The notes below the pieces were generated by a model. The model was not told the origin of the DNA and did not search any database. It was given only the letters and a program-made list of their open reading frames with translations. Made by a program: the position numbers and the translations under genes. From Lama guanicoe (Eukaryota), in NCBI GenBank assembly GCA_013239625.1, contig MU054400.1:789146-853145 (forward strand): a stretch of DNA of 64,000 nt, written 5' to 3'. Numbering within the stretch: the first letter of the stretch is position 1; the number at the start of each line of letters is the position of its first letter. This document shows, piece after piece, positions 61,271-64,000 of this stretch.

Positions 61271-62489
61271 TCTCCCCCAGTTTGTGGTTTTAACCATATA
61301 TATGATATACTTTACTGTGTTACATAGATCTGTTTAATTTTCATGTTAAGATGCATCAGTGATTTCCTTTAGGGCTTTTAACCTTTGGTGTCATGCCTAG
61401 GAAATTACATGATGGAATTAAAGTTTTTTGTGAAAATTTTAGAAAGAATATAATTGATCTTTATTTTTTATCTTACCACTTTAAAATTGTTTATACACAA
61501 TCATTTTTAACTTAGGTACACTTTCCTAGTATAGCATCAAAACTGGTTAGTAATTTTCTCTGCCACTGTTCACGTATATAAGCATATGAGGTGCTAAAGA
61601 TACCTTGTTAATAAGGGCAAAAAATGCTGAGAGGAAAAATCCCTCAGCGTTGGAATGCCTGTTCTTGTGACTGACGAAACATACTAGCTTTTTAGCTTTG
61701 AGCTCATGTGTTCAGAAAATCAAAAACCCAGAATGTCTTACCCTGGTTGCCAAGGGTCCCATCATTCATAGGTTAGCCATAACAAATATTCATGGATTAC
61801 TTGTAATACATAGTTATATACTAGGAACTCTGTGAGAGGCCAGAATGCTACATGATTATTATTAACAATTAAGTCTGTTTTTTGAAAGTTATTGTCAAAT
61901 TAATATATGTAAATGATTTGAAAAGTCTATTAATTATACAGGATTCATAATCATTTGCACTGTCTGCTTCCTACCCCTGAATACTTCTCTCCAAAGACAG
62001 CTGCTTGGAAACTTTTCAACCTTGTCTTCTGCTTTTGGCCCCCATATTTCTAAATGTTTTTACTATTTCTTGATTTTTTTTAAACTTTTCATTTTTTGTT
62101 TGTTGTTAACTTTTGAATTTTTACTGGAAGATAAGGATTTTCTCACTTTACTGATAACACCGTACCCCAGGAACATACTCATTAACCCTCCCGTCCTTCC
62201 AGTTTAGTTATAAGTTTGGCTTACATTAAAATTTTGGTTTACATTAATTCTTAGTGTTATAATATGACTAGTAATAATCCCAGTTGAGCCATAATTAACT
62301 TTTGTTTTTGCATGTTGTATTTTGTTTTCTGGTGGAGTTGATTGACCTCCTCACTACCTATTTACTTAGTTTTCTAATCTGTTTATCAGTAGTTTATCTT
62401 TGAACTCTGCCTGAAGTATAAATCTCTCCTCAAAATGTTCAAATACACAAGGTTATTATATTTAACTCTAATTAAAGTATGACATTTTT

Positions 62490-64000
62490 AATTTTATCCA
62501 ATTATATGAATACAGAAAAGTAAGTATGTCATAAGTATATAGTTTAATGAATTTTCACAAACTGAGGCATCCATGTATCCAGTACCCAGATCAAGAAAAA
62601 GAACATTACCAGTACTACAGAAGCCCTTCCTTGTGCTCCCTTCTAGAACTATCCTCCCACTCCCTGGAATAATCCTGATTTCTAAAAGCAAGATTAATTT
62701 GACCTGTTCTTGACTTTCATTATGAATGGATTCATCCAGTATGAATTTACTTTGTGTCAGACTTCTCTCAGTTATATTTGTGTGATTTAACCAAATTGTT
62801 ACGTGTGGTTGTAGATCACTCATTCTCATTGCTGTTTGGTATTCTATTCAGTGAGTGTTTCATGTTCCCCATTCTCTTATTGGTGGCCTTTTGAGTAGTT
62901 TCAGATTTATGTTTATATAAATACTCCTACTGTGAACTTTCCATCTCATTTTTTTTTGGTGAAAGTATGTATCTTTCTATTGGGGTTATATCTAGGGATG
63001 GGATTTCTGAGTCATAGGATATACATATGAACAGCTGTAGTAGATACCAACAGTTTTCTAAAGTAGTTTATAGTCCCACATGTACTGTATGAGAGTTATT
63101 TTACTTTTGTATCATTCCCAGTCTCTTTATTTTGAGGTATTGTGTTTTGAATTTACACTTCTCTGATAACTAATAAAGTTGAATACCTATCTTTGTTTTT
63201 GAATCTATTTCTTGGCATTTGGATATTCTTTTTTTATAAAGAGCCTGTTTAAGTCTTTTGCCCATTTTAATTCTTTTGTCTTTTTCTGATTAATTTGCAG
63301 GAGTTCTTTATATACTCTGGATAAAAATCATTTGTTGGATATGTGTATTGTGAATATCTTCTTTCACTTCTTTCCCTGTCTTTATGTCTTTTGATGTACC
63401 AGAAGTTTAGTTTAAATGAAGTCGAATTTATCAATGTTTTCTTTGTGATTAGTGCCTTTTGTGTCTTATTTAAGAACTTTTATCCATTCAGTGCCATGAA
63501 GATATTTTGTGTGTGTGAGATATATACAAGTGTACAGTTAGTTCAGTGGCATTGTAAGTACATTGACATTGTTGTGTAACCATCACTACCATCCATCTGC
63601 AGAACTTTTGTCATCTTCTCAAAGTGAATCATTAAACAATGAACCCCCACCCCACCCACCGCCTGGCCCCTGGCAGCCGTCATCCTGCTTTCTGTCTCTG
63701 AATTTATTCTAGGGAACTTGTATAAGTAGAATCAGAATATTTGCCCTTTTATGGCTGTTTATATGTCTTTTATGGGTTGTTTTTTTCCTTTGTGTCATCT
63801 TTAATTTCTTTCAACAATGTTTTGTAGTTTCCAGTGTGTAAGTCTTTCACCTCTTTAGTTAAGTTTATTTTTAAGTATTTTATTCTTGCTGATGTTATAG
63901 TAAACTGAATTATTAATTTCCTTCTTGAATTCTTTATTGTGTAGAAATGTAACGTCCCTTTTTTGCAGGTGATTTTTTGAATGTTGATTTTTATATCTTG
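62490..64000 (-). mobile_element. Old L1M 3' ends (at least two pieces)
   Basis: tttaatgaattttcacaaactg...cccagatcaagaaaaagaacatt; cagtggcattgtaagtacattgacattgttgtgtaaccatcactacc. Confidence 0.7.

Larger units (their letters stand above)
19557..64000 (+). other. UBE2R2: UBE2R2 intron 1 (partial)
   Basis: Follows the exon 1 donor; exon 2 (expected to start AHIKFPIDYPYSPP) not seen; repeat-dense. Confidence 0.8.

Overview
Mammalian genomic DNA, most likely from a camelid (inferred from four vic-1-type tRNA-Ala-like SINEs and cetartiodactyl-type L1 3' ends). The left part holds the complete NOL6 gene on the minus strand: 26 coding exons from ATG 13476 to TGA 3138, all GT-AG introns with consistent phases, 3441 nt = 1146 aa plus stop. 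About 5 kb away, head-to-head, lie the CpG-island promoter and first coding exon (19380-19556) of UBE2R2 (CDC34B) on the plus strand. The remaining ~44 kb is AT-rich UBE2R2 intron 1, filled with nested L1, L2, MIR, Tigger/MER, MER20, a near full-length fossil hAT (Cheshire/MER58-type) transposon and young SINE/L1 insertions; exon 2 was not seen. I found no convincing novel gene system. The best oddities are a TSD-flanked SINE with an internal polyadenylated LTR-like insert, a 41-bp target-site duplication, a repeated motif and possible non-AUG extension in the UBE2R2 leader, a microsatellite-made cryptic acceptor and two stop-free in-frame NOL6 introns. Repeat family names and boundaries are by-eye recognitions and approximate.
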